Positions 52,171 through 64,000 of a stretch of 64,000 nucleotides of DNA are shown here, piece after piece. Each line of letters opens with the position of its first letter. Positions within the stretch are counted from its first letter, which is position 1. The stretch comes from Octopus vulgaris. Lineage: Eukaryota. The stretch covers positions 96,844,001 to 96,908,000 of the forward strand of contig OX597816.1 in the NCBI GenBank assembly GCA_951406725.2, written 5' to 3'. The notes beneath the pieces are model-generated. The model saw only the letters and a program-made list of their open reading frames with translations. It did no database searches and had not been told where the DNA came from. The position numbers and the translations under genes were made by a program.

Positions 52171-52550
52171 AACATGACCCACAGTGCACAAAGATTAAAA
52201 GTATCGAAGGTCCTTTAGCCGGCGGGTTGAGAAAATCATGTCCATAGTAGCCTCAATCAACACTAGGTCTCGGGGATGGTACCATAGCAAATCCATTTCC
52301 ATGGACAATTCAGCAAAATCTTGGATAAAACTTTTCCTACTGATATACTACGATAATTACAATAATCATGACATTCAGATTTGGAGCCTTTGCTTTGTAA
52401 ATGGACAGTCGACGGACTTGCAATGCTATACAAATATAACTAGCCCATGAATGACCCTAACAACAACATCTCCGCCAACGTGATATTCCATCCCAACCTG
52501 GTGACATACATACATACATACATACATACATACATACATACATACATACA

Positions 52551-52582
<32 letters not shown>

Positions 52583-52591
52583 AGATACATA

Positions 52592-53856
52592 CAGGGGTTG
52601 GACAAAATAATACAAACGCCTTAAAATTTCAAACAAATATATTTTAATATGGGGTAGGACCGCCGTTGGCAGTAATTACAGCTTGAATTCTACAAGGTAT
52701 GGACTCGACTCGTGCAAAGTTTGAATTGTTTCCAAAGGAACATTTGTCCATTCTTCAGCTAAAACAGTCTCCAGTTCTTGTAGTGATGATGGTGGAGGAT
52801 ATCGACTCCTTACGTGTTTTTCTAAAATGCACCATAAATGTTCAATAATATTGAGATCTGGGGACTGTGCTGTCCAGATAAGATGTTCAACTTCACTACA
52901 ATGTTCCTTGTGCCATTAAGTAACAACTTTAGCTGTTTGAATTCGTACACTATAATCCCGAAAGAATGAGTTTCACCCCGGAAACATTTTCGCAGCCTTA
53001 GGATGAATTTGTTCAGATAAAATGCTTAAATAGTCTTGACTATTAATTCTGCCATGAAGGGAAACCATTTGGTCGGTGGATTTCCAAGGTATAGCGCCCC
53101 CAGTTCATCACAGATCCTCCTCCATGTTTAACACTTGGAAGAAGGCAGTTTGGATCAAATGCTTCTTTTGGCTGTCTCCACACGTATACTCGGCCGGCGG
53201 TCGGAAATAAGGTAAAGGATGACTGGTCCGAGAAAATAACATTCTTCCACTACTCTAGGGACCAATTCTGTAGGTTTTTTACACTACTTTAAACGCTTTG
53301 CAACGTTTGTTTTTGAAAGTAGTGGTTTTCTGATTGCAGCCCACCCGTGAAATCCGGCGATCAGTTCTTGTGGAAACTGAGTTCTCGAGGTGGTCCTTAA
53401 GCTCTGCAGTAATTTTGGGAGCTGTACTTTTGTGATCCTTTCTAACAATTCGCATAAGAGTCCAACGGTCCCTATCTGAAAGTTTTGGTTTTCTTCCGGA
53501 GTTTTGTTTCAACTACGAGGTTTTTTGCCTCTTTCTCAAAGGCTGTCATTACCTTCGAGACAGTAGTTCTTGATAAACCAAACATTTCGGTTGTTTTCGT
53601 TGTGCTAGCACCTGCCATACAAACACCAACAATTTGACCTCTTTGAAAGTCCGACAGATCTGTCATTTTAATGAATTTTAATTATCTTTTTCCGATGATA
53701 TCTGAAAAGAAACAGCAATTTTAGCAAAACATTATGCAACACTAATAAAAAAAAAAAAAAAAACAACATAAAATAAACAAGCTTTTGACGGTTTTATAGA
53801 TATTTCAAAATTATGATGCTATGATGCTAGGTGTTTCCCTGATTTTGTCACCCCTG
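52592..53856 (-). mobile_element. Full-length Tc1/mariner transposon, frameshifted transposase
   Basis: TA|CAGGGGTTGGACAAAAT...ATTTTGTCACCCCTG|TA. Protein pieces MTDLSDFQRGQIVG, GRKPKL, VIFSDQS, VKHGGGSVM and SPDLNIIEHLW. Confidence 0.95.
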
Positions 53857-53898
53857 TATATGTATATATATTTGGGCGTGTGTGTGTATGTGTGTGTG

Positions 53899-53939
<41 letters not shown>

Positions 53940-54414
53940 CAAAATAAGAAAATGGAGAAATACATCTAAATCAAATATCAATTATATCAAATATATAATA
54001 TATATATATATATATATATAATATACACACACACGGACATATATCTATATCTATAACTATCTCTATATATATTATATAATACATATTTACACTCACACAC
54101 ACACACACATACATACGCACACGCATAAAATCTCTATTTCTAACATCCAAGGCTTAATTGAAAATTACTAGGCTTTGTGTGTTTGGAATATTCCCCAAGC
54201 TGATAGAAAGACCCTTCTTCGGAATGGGGGCTAGGGAAGGCTAACTATGTACAAAGTAATGCTAAAAACGTTAAAAATGTTAATAGGAATCAAATGCTCA
54301 TGACATGGTTACAGGGAGATAACTCTTAATTTTCTCCGATAATCGTCGCCTTTTAAACTGAATCTCTTAGAATCAGGCCATTTAAATAATTAATTAGTTT
54401 TCTAACCAACAGTT

Positions 54415-54831
54415 ACTCTTTTACTCTTTTACTTGTTTCAGTAATTTGACTGTGGCCATGCTGGAGCACTACCTTTAATCGACCAAATCGACACCTCGAC
54501 TTATTCCTTGTAAACCTAGTACTTATTCTATCGTTCTCTTTCGCCGAACCGTTAAGTTGCGGGCACGTAAACACACCAGCATCGGTTGTCAAGCGACGTT
54601 AGGGGGACAAACACAGACACATAAACATATACACACATATACACACACATATATATACATATATACGACAGGCTTCTTTCAGTTTCTGTCTGCCAAATTC
54701 ACTCACAAGGCTTTGGTCGGCCCGAGGCTATTGTAGAAGACACTTGCCCAAGGTGCCACGCAGTGGGACTGAACCGAGAACCATGCGGTTCGTAAGCAAG
54801 CTACTTACCACACAGCCACTCCTACGCCTAT
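54415..54831 (-). mobile_element. Well-preserved SINE family B
   Basis: Head taggcgtaggagtggctgtgtggtaag...ggttcagtccc, then ccttgggcaagtgtcttc, an internal (TG/TA)n and an (AAAGAGT)n-like tail. Confidence 0.88.
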
Positions 54832-54859
54832 AAATAAAGTTGTTTTATATTTCATCTTT

Positions 54860-55150
54860 TCTTTTACTTGTTTCAGTCATTGGATTGGGGCTCTGCTGGG
54901 ACACCGTCTTTAGCATCCAATACATGTCTGGTGTTTATTCTGTTGGACTCATTTGGTGAACTGCTAAGTTACAGAGACGTAACCGAACCAACACCAGTTG
55001 ACAAGAGGTGGTTACCCCTACCCACATATGTGTGTGTGTGTGTGTGTGAGACAAGCTACTTTTAGTTTTCTTCTACCGAGTCCGCTCACAACACTTTGGA
55101 CCATCCGAGTAAAAGACACCCAAGATACTACGCGATGGGACTGAACCCCG
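54860..55150 (-). mobile_element. Older SINE family B copy
   Basis: tacttgtttcagtcatt and gaactgctaagttac motifs. Confidence 0.65.
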
Positions 55151-55169
55151 AACATACATGCATACATAC

Positions 55170-55326
55170 GTCTATCCATCCATCCATCCATCCACCCATC
55201 CATCCATCCATCCATCCATCCATCCATCCATCCGTACGTACGTACGTACATACATACATACATACATACATACATACATACATACATACATACATACATA
55301 CATACATACATACATACATACATACA

Positions 55327-55356
<30 letters not shown>
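55170..55356. repeat. (CATC)n(CGTA)n(CATA)n microsatellite
   Basis: Directly visible. Confidence 0.95.
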
Positions 55357-55360
<4 letters not shown>

Positions 55361-55374
55361 GCATAGATAGAGAT

Positions 55375-56180
55375 ACAGGAAAAGCACTAAAATGTGACAA
55401 CCTATGCAGACTTTGTGGAGTTAATACCCAAGATATAAGCAGTTGTCCGAAAATGTCATCACGGTATTATCTACGGTTAATGTTGTCACTAGGACACTGT
55501 ATAACGAGATTCATCGAAAGGATAAGCCCGAGGACAAAAATATAAGAATCCACAGTATGGTGGAAGCCATAGACACTCAAAAGAAAAAGGAGTACTGATG
55601 GAATGATCCAATGAAAACCTCAATAAATTGTAAACAAAATAGACCTGATATGTTCTAAGATAGAGAAGAGAAACCGTGTACAGTTGTGGAAATCAGCTGC
55701 CCAGTGGATGTTAACATAATGCTGAAAATCATTAAAAATGAGAACACCAGCGCTGAACTCCTGAGAGATCTGCAGTTACTATGTCCAGATTACAAGTTCA
55801 CGTTAATACCTGTAGTTATTGGGGCACTGGGATATGTACGACACTGCTTAAATATCAATCTTGAGAAACTAGACTTCTCAAAACCAGAAGGGAGAAAGCT
55901 GATTCGTAGAATTCAGATCCAGTCCATCATTAGAACTGTAAACAATCCGTAAAACTTACCAGAAGTTTATCATTTACGTATATATGAGCATGTCAAGATA
56001 CGCAAACATATGCCTGAGAAGATATACATAAAACAAAACATACAAATCTGTACGTATACATGCATACATTAAGAAATACGCTGTTGTTGATGTTGAAATT
56101 CCAATGAAGGAGCCCCAGAACTAGGTGAGAAACTGACTCTTTCCCCTTTGGCAAGATATCTTGAAATAAAACTGAATAAT
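55375..56180 (+). mobile_element. RLE-type (R4-like) non-LTR 3' fragment embedded in (CATA)n
   Basis: [29 protein letters not shown] and FTLIPVVIGALG. The 3' end continues past the SINE to (CATA)n at 56412. Confidence 0.85.
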
Positions 56181-56394
56181 CCTCTCTATGATAGGTACAA
56201 GGCCTGAAATTTGCTGGGAGGGAGTCAATCGATTAGATCGATCTCAGTACACAACTTGTACTTATTCTATCAACACTGAAAGGATGAAAGGTAAAGTCAA
56301 CCTCGGCGGAATTTGAATTCAGAATGTAGCGACAGACGAAATACTGGTAAGCATTTCGCCCGGCGTGCTAACGATTATGCCAGCTCGCCGCCTT
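56181..56394 (-). mobile_element. SINE family A with 16-bp TSD inserted in the RLE element 3' UTR
   Basis: aataaaactgaataat at 56165-56180 and 56395-56410. Confidence 0.9.
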
Positions 56395-58299
56395 AATAAA
56401 ACTGAATAATGACATACATACATACATACATACATTCACAACTGATAAACACTTGTTGGTTTGCTTCAATAGAATATATACTATACTAGAAAAGTATAAT
56501 ATGGTCGAAACATGTTCGTAGTGATCCTGTTCCGGGGATAAATAAATAAATAGCAATAAAACAATAAAAATAAAGCACATAAATTAATTTTTAGAGTAAT
56601 TCTTGTATTTATCGCCCTTTAATTTTGGGAGTTGCAAGTAATTTCAGCTATTTTATTTTACTTTATTTTATTTTATTTTTGTTTTACTTTAGCTAAGAAT
56701 GAAATTTTAATCGTTTGAGAATTTTTTGCATACGCCATTTTGCATATCACTCCGTAATTTATGTATTCCATGGGAACTAGTTCTTGTTATACTTATAGTA
56801 AACTCTCTCTTCATATATGTAGCTCATCAATGAGCTGTCATTACTATAACGGCATATGTTTTCTTGAATTAGAAATCTGCTCACCACCTCCACCAACGCC
56901 ATCTCTATACTTATTTCTGTTCTCTACGTGTTTCAACCTGATAGCATTTAACAGTTTCCTTAATTAGATTTTTCTAAAATTATAACCTTGAGGACATGCT
57001 TTCCAATCGAAGGCTTTTATCCAAGCATCCTTCAAGTGGTTCATCCAAACCATCATCCAAAACATCTACATCAACTTCCACAGTGTCGAAGGAAATGCAA
57101 TATGGCCAGTTCACTTTTCTCTCCAACTATTTATCGCGGTTATAACACAAGCATAGTGCTGTGGCTGAGATGTTGCTCCAACCGACGCATGATTCTGACT
57201 GACATAGAAGACCTATTACCACTAACTCCGTTTCTCCACGATCATAGTTCTGGAGATAAAAGCCGGATTATGAACTCAAGGTGCAAGAACTGCAAAAATC
57301 CTGCTAGTCATTTCTTCCGACACTAGCAATTCTCTCAATCTACCCTGCTAAACTGGTACCTTATTTATCGATCCCCGAAAGAATGGAAAACAAGACAGAC
57401 ATGGTGGGTTTGAACACAGAAAGCAGAGAACCAAAACTAATACCGTAATGCATACTATGATAATTCACTTCATCGCTTTGCGGCTGTTTATGGTAGGACA
57501 AACTCTTTCTGTATATCTCACAGCGGACGGGTACAGTTGAGTCCATGTAATTCTTTAGTTATTTCTTTAAAAATTTGTTTGGTCCAGAAATAGTGGAGCC
57601 CTCTGATGGATTGATAGAAAACTGGTAGCTAGATGAACTGGCAGAGTTTCACTAAATTTTTTGATGGCATGCGTGGAGACGGTTCTACTCTCAAATGCTT
57701 ACAGTTAAGTAGAGACTAGCATGCAGTAAACACGCAAGAACCATGACTAATCAAAGCTATAATCATGATTTAGTTAAATGCTTTTAGCTTTAAAATATAA
57801 TTTTGCCAAAAACTAAAAATTAAAAATAAACTCAGTCAAAATAAAAGAAAATACGACCAATTGATAAAACAATGAAAGCGGGGTAAGGGACACAACTCGA
57901 AATTGCAAATTAGTAGACAACAATCTATTAGAAACAGTACTGAAATCTTCAAAATATATTTCACCATTTAAAAACATTTGAAGGGACAATGGATGCATTA
58001 TATGTAAAAAATAAAATAAAAGCAGTAACAAAACTCTAACAAAACTGGAATACATTTAATGACTATTTTGCTCAACACTACAAATGTACGCAAATTTTTT
58101 CAACGGGAAATAACTGTTAACAATATTTTTCTGGAGTTATTACCCCTGTGTTGTATATGATATTTAACTGGTTAATAGTTTAAATCCGCTCCAGCAGAGA
58201 GGGAAGCCGGGAGTGATATATACATACATACATACATACATACATACATACATACATACATACATACATACATACATACATACATACATACATACATAC

Positions 58300-58722
58300 A
58301 ATCTGTCCAGAGACGTGCAACCAAACGCATACCCTCCATCAGACACCTACCATATTCTGAGCGCCTTGTTTCCCTGGGCATGGATTCACTGAAGCTCCGG
58401 CGTCTGGCGACGGACTTGGTAAACACCCACAAGGTTATCAACCACCTCACCAACAACAACACTGAACACCTTTTTGATCTCCATGTGTCTAACACACGTG
58501 GACATGCCTACAAAGTCAGAAAACAACACAGCTCCCATGACTTTCGGAAACATTTTTTCACGCTCAGAGTTGCTGAAGCATGGAATAAACTGCCTGCGTC
58601 AGTTGTTGACTGCCATGACACTGCATCCTTTAAGGCCCTCATGCTTTCCGAAATCCGCCGAAACTACACCTGATTATATATACACTTTAGATGAGTTGTA
58701 GTGCACCTGAGTACTGTACACA

Positions 58723-58790
<68 letters not shown>
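58300..58790 (+). mobile_element. CR1-clade LINE 3' end with (ATT)n tail
   Basis: Open frame VQRRATKRIP..YSERL..LRR..DL..TRGHAYKV..RKHFFTLRV..WNKLP to the stop at 58673. Confidence 0.92.
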
Positions 58791-58791
<1 letters not shown>

Positions 58792-58859
58792 GTACATACA
58801 TACATACATATATGTGTGTGTTTGGGTGTATATATATATATATATATATGTATATATAA

Positions 58860-59180
58860 TTAGAAATATTACATTTCTAAATCTCTCAGAGAGATTTATA
58901 CAGTAGTAGCACGATAGAGTGATTGTTTGTTGCCAACTTAATGCGGTAGTTCCAGTAAAGGGAAGAATTCTACTGCTATTTAGCCCCATGAAACACCGTT
59001 TCCAGTTGGCTATGTGACACAAGCGTATTGTGTCCTTATGTTTCCCCTGTTTGAAAACATAAGGACACAGTACACTTGTGTCACAAAGCCAACAGGAAAC
59101 AATGTTTCCTGGGGCTAAACAGCAGTAGAATTCTTCTCTTTACTGGGGCTGCCACATTAAGTTGGCAACGAACCATTACT
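58860..59180. repeat. Palindromic element (~125-bp diverged arms) within (TA)n, related to 61258-61440
   Basis: 58918-59043 is an imperfect reverse complement of 59055-59179. The head agaaatatt..tttctaaatctctc is shared with 61259. Confidence 0.8.
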
Positions 59181-59259
59181 ACACACACACATATATATAT
59201 ATATATATACATATGCACAAACATATATATATGTATGTATGTCTCTCTCTCTCTTCCTA

Positions 59260-59599
<340 letters not shown>

Positions 59600-59634
59600 T
59601 GGTATATATGTATCTATATATACACACACACACA

Positions 59635-60735
59635 CAGTACCTCACATTATTAGACAAATCAACCTTCTTTCAAGAAATAAATGTGTATTCTTTGGAAACT
59701 ATTTGTTTTCCCCACTCACTGTTGGAAATACCTATCTGCGCACATTCTGTTAAAATAAATCGGATCTGAGCAGACGGAAACAAACGGTGGCCATTATCGT
59801 GTAGCAGCAATATTTCTGCTGTCCCAAATTATTAGGCAGGTGCACAATTTAAGTGTCGTTATGGGCCAGAAACATGATCTTAGCTCGAATGAGAAGTCTA
59901 CCATCGTGTCAGAGCTTGAAAAAGGGAAAACATGCATATTAATATAAAAAATATAGGGAAGAGATCACCGAACAGTGAAGAAATTTGTGCAGTCTCTTAT
60001 TTCTATACGGTCGAAGGCAGATAAGGGTAAGTCAAGGGTTGCTTCGAATCGTATTCTGTCACGTATGAAAAGGGAAGTTGTGCAGAATCTTTGTCTGACA
60101 TGTAGAGAAGTCTTCAACCGTTGTGGCAGGGAAGACGTATCGAAAATTACCAGGTGTCGCCTCTTGAAGCAGGCAGCTAGGAATGTTAAACCTGTTGCAA
60201 GGCCCCCTCTGAAGACTGTTCATAAGCAGAAGAGACTGAAATTGGCAGCAGAATACGTTAAGATAGATTTTTCAACAGTTCTGTTCACTGACGAATGCCC
60301 TGATACCCTTGAAGGACCAGATGGCTGGAGTAATGGTTGGGAACCGTCCTCATCGTTTGAGACACCAACAGTGGGGAGGTGGAGTCATATTTTGGGCTGG
60401 CATCGTTGGTGGTATGATGGTTGGGCCATGGAAAGTCCCAGATGGCATTAAGATGACATCGAAAACATAAAGAACAATTTCTAACCGTGGTTCAAAAAGC
60501 AAAACCTTTCATTCTAGAGAAAGCTGGTTTTCATGCAAGATAATGCTCCCGTTTCATACAGCGAAGAATTCCAAGGAATACATGAAGCAAATAAGCTTTT
60601 CTGGAGGTCGTTTGCTGGAGTGGCCACTTTGTTCCCTTGATATAACCCGATTACGCACCTGTGAGGTTTCCTGAAGAGGCGTGTTTCTCAAGATGAAAGC
60701 CTCTTTTCAAGTGATGTTGCCCTCAAGGATACAAC
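59635..60735 (+). mobile_element. 3'-truncated Tc1-like transposon (pseudogenised transposase from ATG 59861)
   Basis: MGQKHDLS, GRDHRTVKKFV, RPPL..HKQKRL, VLFTDE, FMQDNAP and WPLCS. The left end is cagtacctcacattattagac, with an internal repeat caaattattaggc. Confidence 0.85.
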
Positions 60736-61083
60736 TGTTCTCACTGTCCTGTTCTTGTTACCACTTTCACTCTCCGCAAAAATTCCCAAATTTTATTTAA
60801 TTTGCTTTGTGGGATGGACTCTTTTAACGAAGTTGCGTCTTGTCGTTGCCTTCGGAACGCGGAGTAGATGAAGCAGGGACAACTGAAGAAGGGGAATATT
60901 CTTTATGCTGTATGTCTCTTTCTCTGTTTGTTTTTTATGTTGTTGGAAAAAAAGTTCGTTTCTATGTTTTTGTTTTTATATTTTCGTTTGTCATTGTGTT
61001 CAACGTGTTTTTGATGTCCTGTACCCATATATGCATGTATATATACATATATATGTAGGTATGTACATATATGTATGTATATA

Positions 61084-61158
<75 letters not shown>

Positions 61159-61257
61159 ATATGATCGAATGCCACGCATCCTTTTCCATGTATATGTATA
61201 TATGTATATATAAACATGTATATGTATAGATGTATATGTAAATATATATATATATAT

Positions 61258-61575
61258 AAGAAATATTGAGTTTCTAAATCTCTCGTAGAGAGGTGTACGG
61301 TGTTGGAGCGATATAATGGTTGTATACTGTCAATCTAACAAGAACGTGACAGTAGGGGGTACACCACCGTTATATAGCCCTAGGAGGCATCGAACGCCTC
61401 CTGACGGCTTCGACACATTTTATCCTGTGTCCTTATATACACATACGAAGGGGAGACAAACACCCCCAACTGCCGGAACTGCATCTAGGGACACCGTGTT
61501 TCAGGATCATTGTCCTTCATCGGCCTAGAGTAGCAGACACCGGTCAGCTGGCGATGTCTGTCTCGACTTCGTATC
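61258..61575 (-). mobile_element. Small hammerhead-containing non-coding repeat (pLTR/retrozyme-like) embedded in (TA)n
   Basis: GC-richer ~320-bp island between (TA)n tracts, with a hammerhead and several hairpins; partial homolog at 58860. Confidence 0.6.
61484..61529 (-). ncRNA. Minimal type I hammerhead ribozyme (U4C core variant)
   Basis: tctagg CCGATGA agga(caatga)tcct GAAAC acggt GTC cctaga: 6-bp stem I, 4-bp stem II, near-palindromic stem III and GUC site. Confidence 0.78.
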
Positions 61576-61589
61576 TGTATATATCTATA

Positions 61590-61679
<90 letters not shown>

Positions 61680-62289
61680 TATATGTATACTTAAATATAT
61701 ATATGTATATATGCATATAAATGTATATATATATGTATATATAAAAAAAGGAAATGAAGAAACTGCTGACAAAATAATTTAAGTAAGGGATAGTGTATTT
61801 AATTAGGTGAAAGTTCTTTCTACCGGTTGCGCATTTGTTATGCTTATCAAAAGATATATTTTTAAGAGAGATAGAGTTCCTTTCTGATAGATTTAGCCGT
61901 TTAGCAAAACACAACGATGGAATAAGTATTGGGCTTGGAAAGAACAAATCCTGGTGTCAGTTTCTTCGAATACAGCTGGGGCTCCAGCATGGCCGCATTC
62001 ACTTGACTGATGCAAGTAAAACAATAAAAGAAGTATGCCATTTCAATCCCGAGCAATCTTATTTGGGGCAGCATATAAGATTTTGTTGTGAAAATTTATC
62101 TGCAATAAATTGCCCATACTTCTACAATACCCAAAATATTTTGTTTTCTATAAAATTCATAATAATATTTAATTTTAGGAATACAACAGGATATCATATA
62201 CATCAAATGAAGGCCCAGTAGAGTAAAATAGGAATCACAGGGGTTCATAGGCAAAAAATGGATGAGAATCACTGCTTTAAAACATAAAT

Positions 62290-62830
62290 ACAAGACCTCA
62301 AATTTGGGGAAAATGTAGTGTCAGATATACTGATCCCTAGCTCTTGACTGGCAATTCTATGTATTTCGATCTCGAGGAAACGCAACGTTGAACTCAGCGA
62401 CATGTAAGGGAAAACTAAATACTGCAATACACTGTTCGCAGCTCACATTTTTGTTCCTATCTACTTTTGTCATCAACCGCTCTTAAAATTATTTCTACTC
62501 TTGGTACAATAGCCGAAATTTTGTCAAAAAGGGCCAGATGATTACATCAACTCCAGTGCTCGACATAAAACGTCAATGTCGACTTTGCCGAGATTTGAAC
62601 TCAGAACGTGCAACCATTTTTCCCAGCGTGCTAGCAATTCTGCCAGCTCGCCTCTTTCTGCCGCTCTTAAAATAAATTACAATTTCTAGCCTTGGAACAA
62701 ATCGCACATTTTGCAAATATGTAGAGGATTAAACGATTCCAGTATTTGACTAGTATTGATTGAATCGAACCAAGAAAGATTAAAGTTTTAGTCCACTCTA
62801 GCAGAATGTTAACTCAGAAGGTATTAGGAT
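62290..62830 (-). mobile_element. Cluster of about three degenerate SINE family A remnants
   Basis: Repeated ctccagt..gact / tttgaactcagaac / gctagcaattctgccagctcgcc motifs. Confidence 0.55.
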
Positions 62831-64000
62831 ATAAGTAAGGTTTCGAAATATTTTGTTGGATTTTTATGGATTTTGTCACAATGATTTCTTTCATCAGCTC
62901 AACTACAGATTTAATAGGGAAAGTATTGTGTAGTCGGAACTGATTCTGATATATGACTTGTAAGTATTTTAATCAATAACGTGTGACATTTGCACTCTGA
63001 ATACAATTTGCAAAATATTCATTTCAGTTCTCTACTGTTTAGGGTAAACCCATTTTACAGTTGTGCTCTACTGCTGTTTCGCTATTACATCCGAAATATT
63101 TTACTGATATCTCGGTGATATTGTAGCATAATTTAAATATTTTGGTGATAAATCAGTTTCTATTGAATAGTACTCTGCCGTTACCTCAATCATATACGAG
63201 TATAAGTTAAAGAATTTCATAGAATATTTTAGTTGCCCTCCCATATCAATATTCGTGTTATCAAAGCGAAAATCTTATGACATCTAAGTACCAAACAAAC
63301 AGTACAATCTTCTGCATAGCTACTACAAATTTACTTATATCGAACCAAGTTCTGGATCTTGCTTCGATTGATTTATGTCTGTCTTTCAAATTTAGCCGGA
63401 TGACAAATATAGCAAGCACAATTTCTTGTTGACCTTTGCACTTGTTTCATCAACGAGGTTGATGATCAGTTAAAACTTCTGTCGGAAGAGTATCCGTGAA
63501 ATTTTACTATTCTGATTAAGAATGATTGGGAAAATTGTTTAGTGAGAGATTTAGTGACTTGAGATAGATACAATAGGCAAGGTGAGAATATTGGCAAAGA
63601 GAGAAAGAGTAAACATAAATATGTTTTTCTTAGTTTGAAGATCTATTACATTGGTGAAAGAAACTTCAAGATCAATAGGATCCTCATTTTACAGATGGAT
63701 TCTGGTATATTTGTTTGCATAATATCTGCAGCATTATAGCTTTATGAGAATACCTCAGTGAGTACTCCATGTCTGAAAGTTGAAGGTCAGCAACTACCCA
63801 GAGATGACGTATTTTCTGACCACGATCTACGAGTTGAAGTTTTGTCAATATTATATAAATTCACAGTAAGCATCATCACAGATGATAAAGCCTGCATAGA
63901 AAAAAAACCCTCCTGTGTGAGCTGTGGATAAATAGCTTTATCGGCTGGAATGCTACCTACAGAACTATCATGGTGGAAAAGTAGTGCATATAGTTAGTTT

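Noticed and set aside
60875-60920. ggacaa CTGAAGA agggg hammerhead-like start
   Set aside because: No GAAA after stem II; at most a dead pLTR remnant.
63380-63900. Minus-strand VLTDHQP, Gypsy RNase H-like
   Set aside because: Single short motif with no supporting neighbouring motifs in frame.

Overview
AT-rich, repeat-dominated eukaryotic genomic DNA with abundant (TA)n, (CATA)n, (ATT)n and (AG)n microsatellites. The SINE/RTE repertoire looks cephalopod (Octopus-like); this is an inference from remembered repeat families, not a search. No prokaryotic genes or CRISPR arrays, and almost all ORF-track entries are noise. One convincing host exon lies at 14537-14725 (minus) and resembles the N-terminus of meiosis 1 arrest protein (M1AP). 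Candidate upstream exons lie near 25.5 kb and 33 kb, where the sequence turns from CpG-poor to CpG-richer, so roughly 1-33 kb looks like intronic gene body. The rest is nested transposon debris: R4/Dong-type, HERO-like, Tx1-like, RTE and CR1 non-LTR elements, Penelope-like elements, two tRNA-type SINE families, two related solo LTRs, two Tc1/mariner copies and Helitrons. The most notable structures are: (i) a 2.1-kb foldback element with ~840-bp inverted arms, an 8-bp TSD and the same RTE fragment in both arms; (ii) several type I hammerhead ribozyme motifs, three in Penelope-like pseudo-LTRs and two in orphan repeats, one of them in a multi-hairpin repeat showing apparent covariation; (iii) an RLE retrotransposon family that appears to target (CATA)n; (iv) an inverted Helitron pair. 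Coordinates of degenerate elements are approximate.
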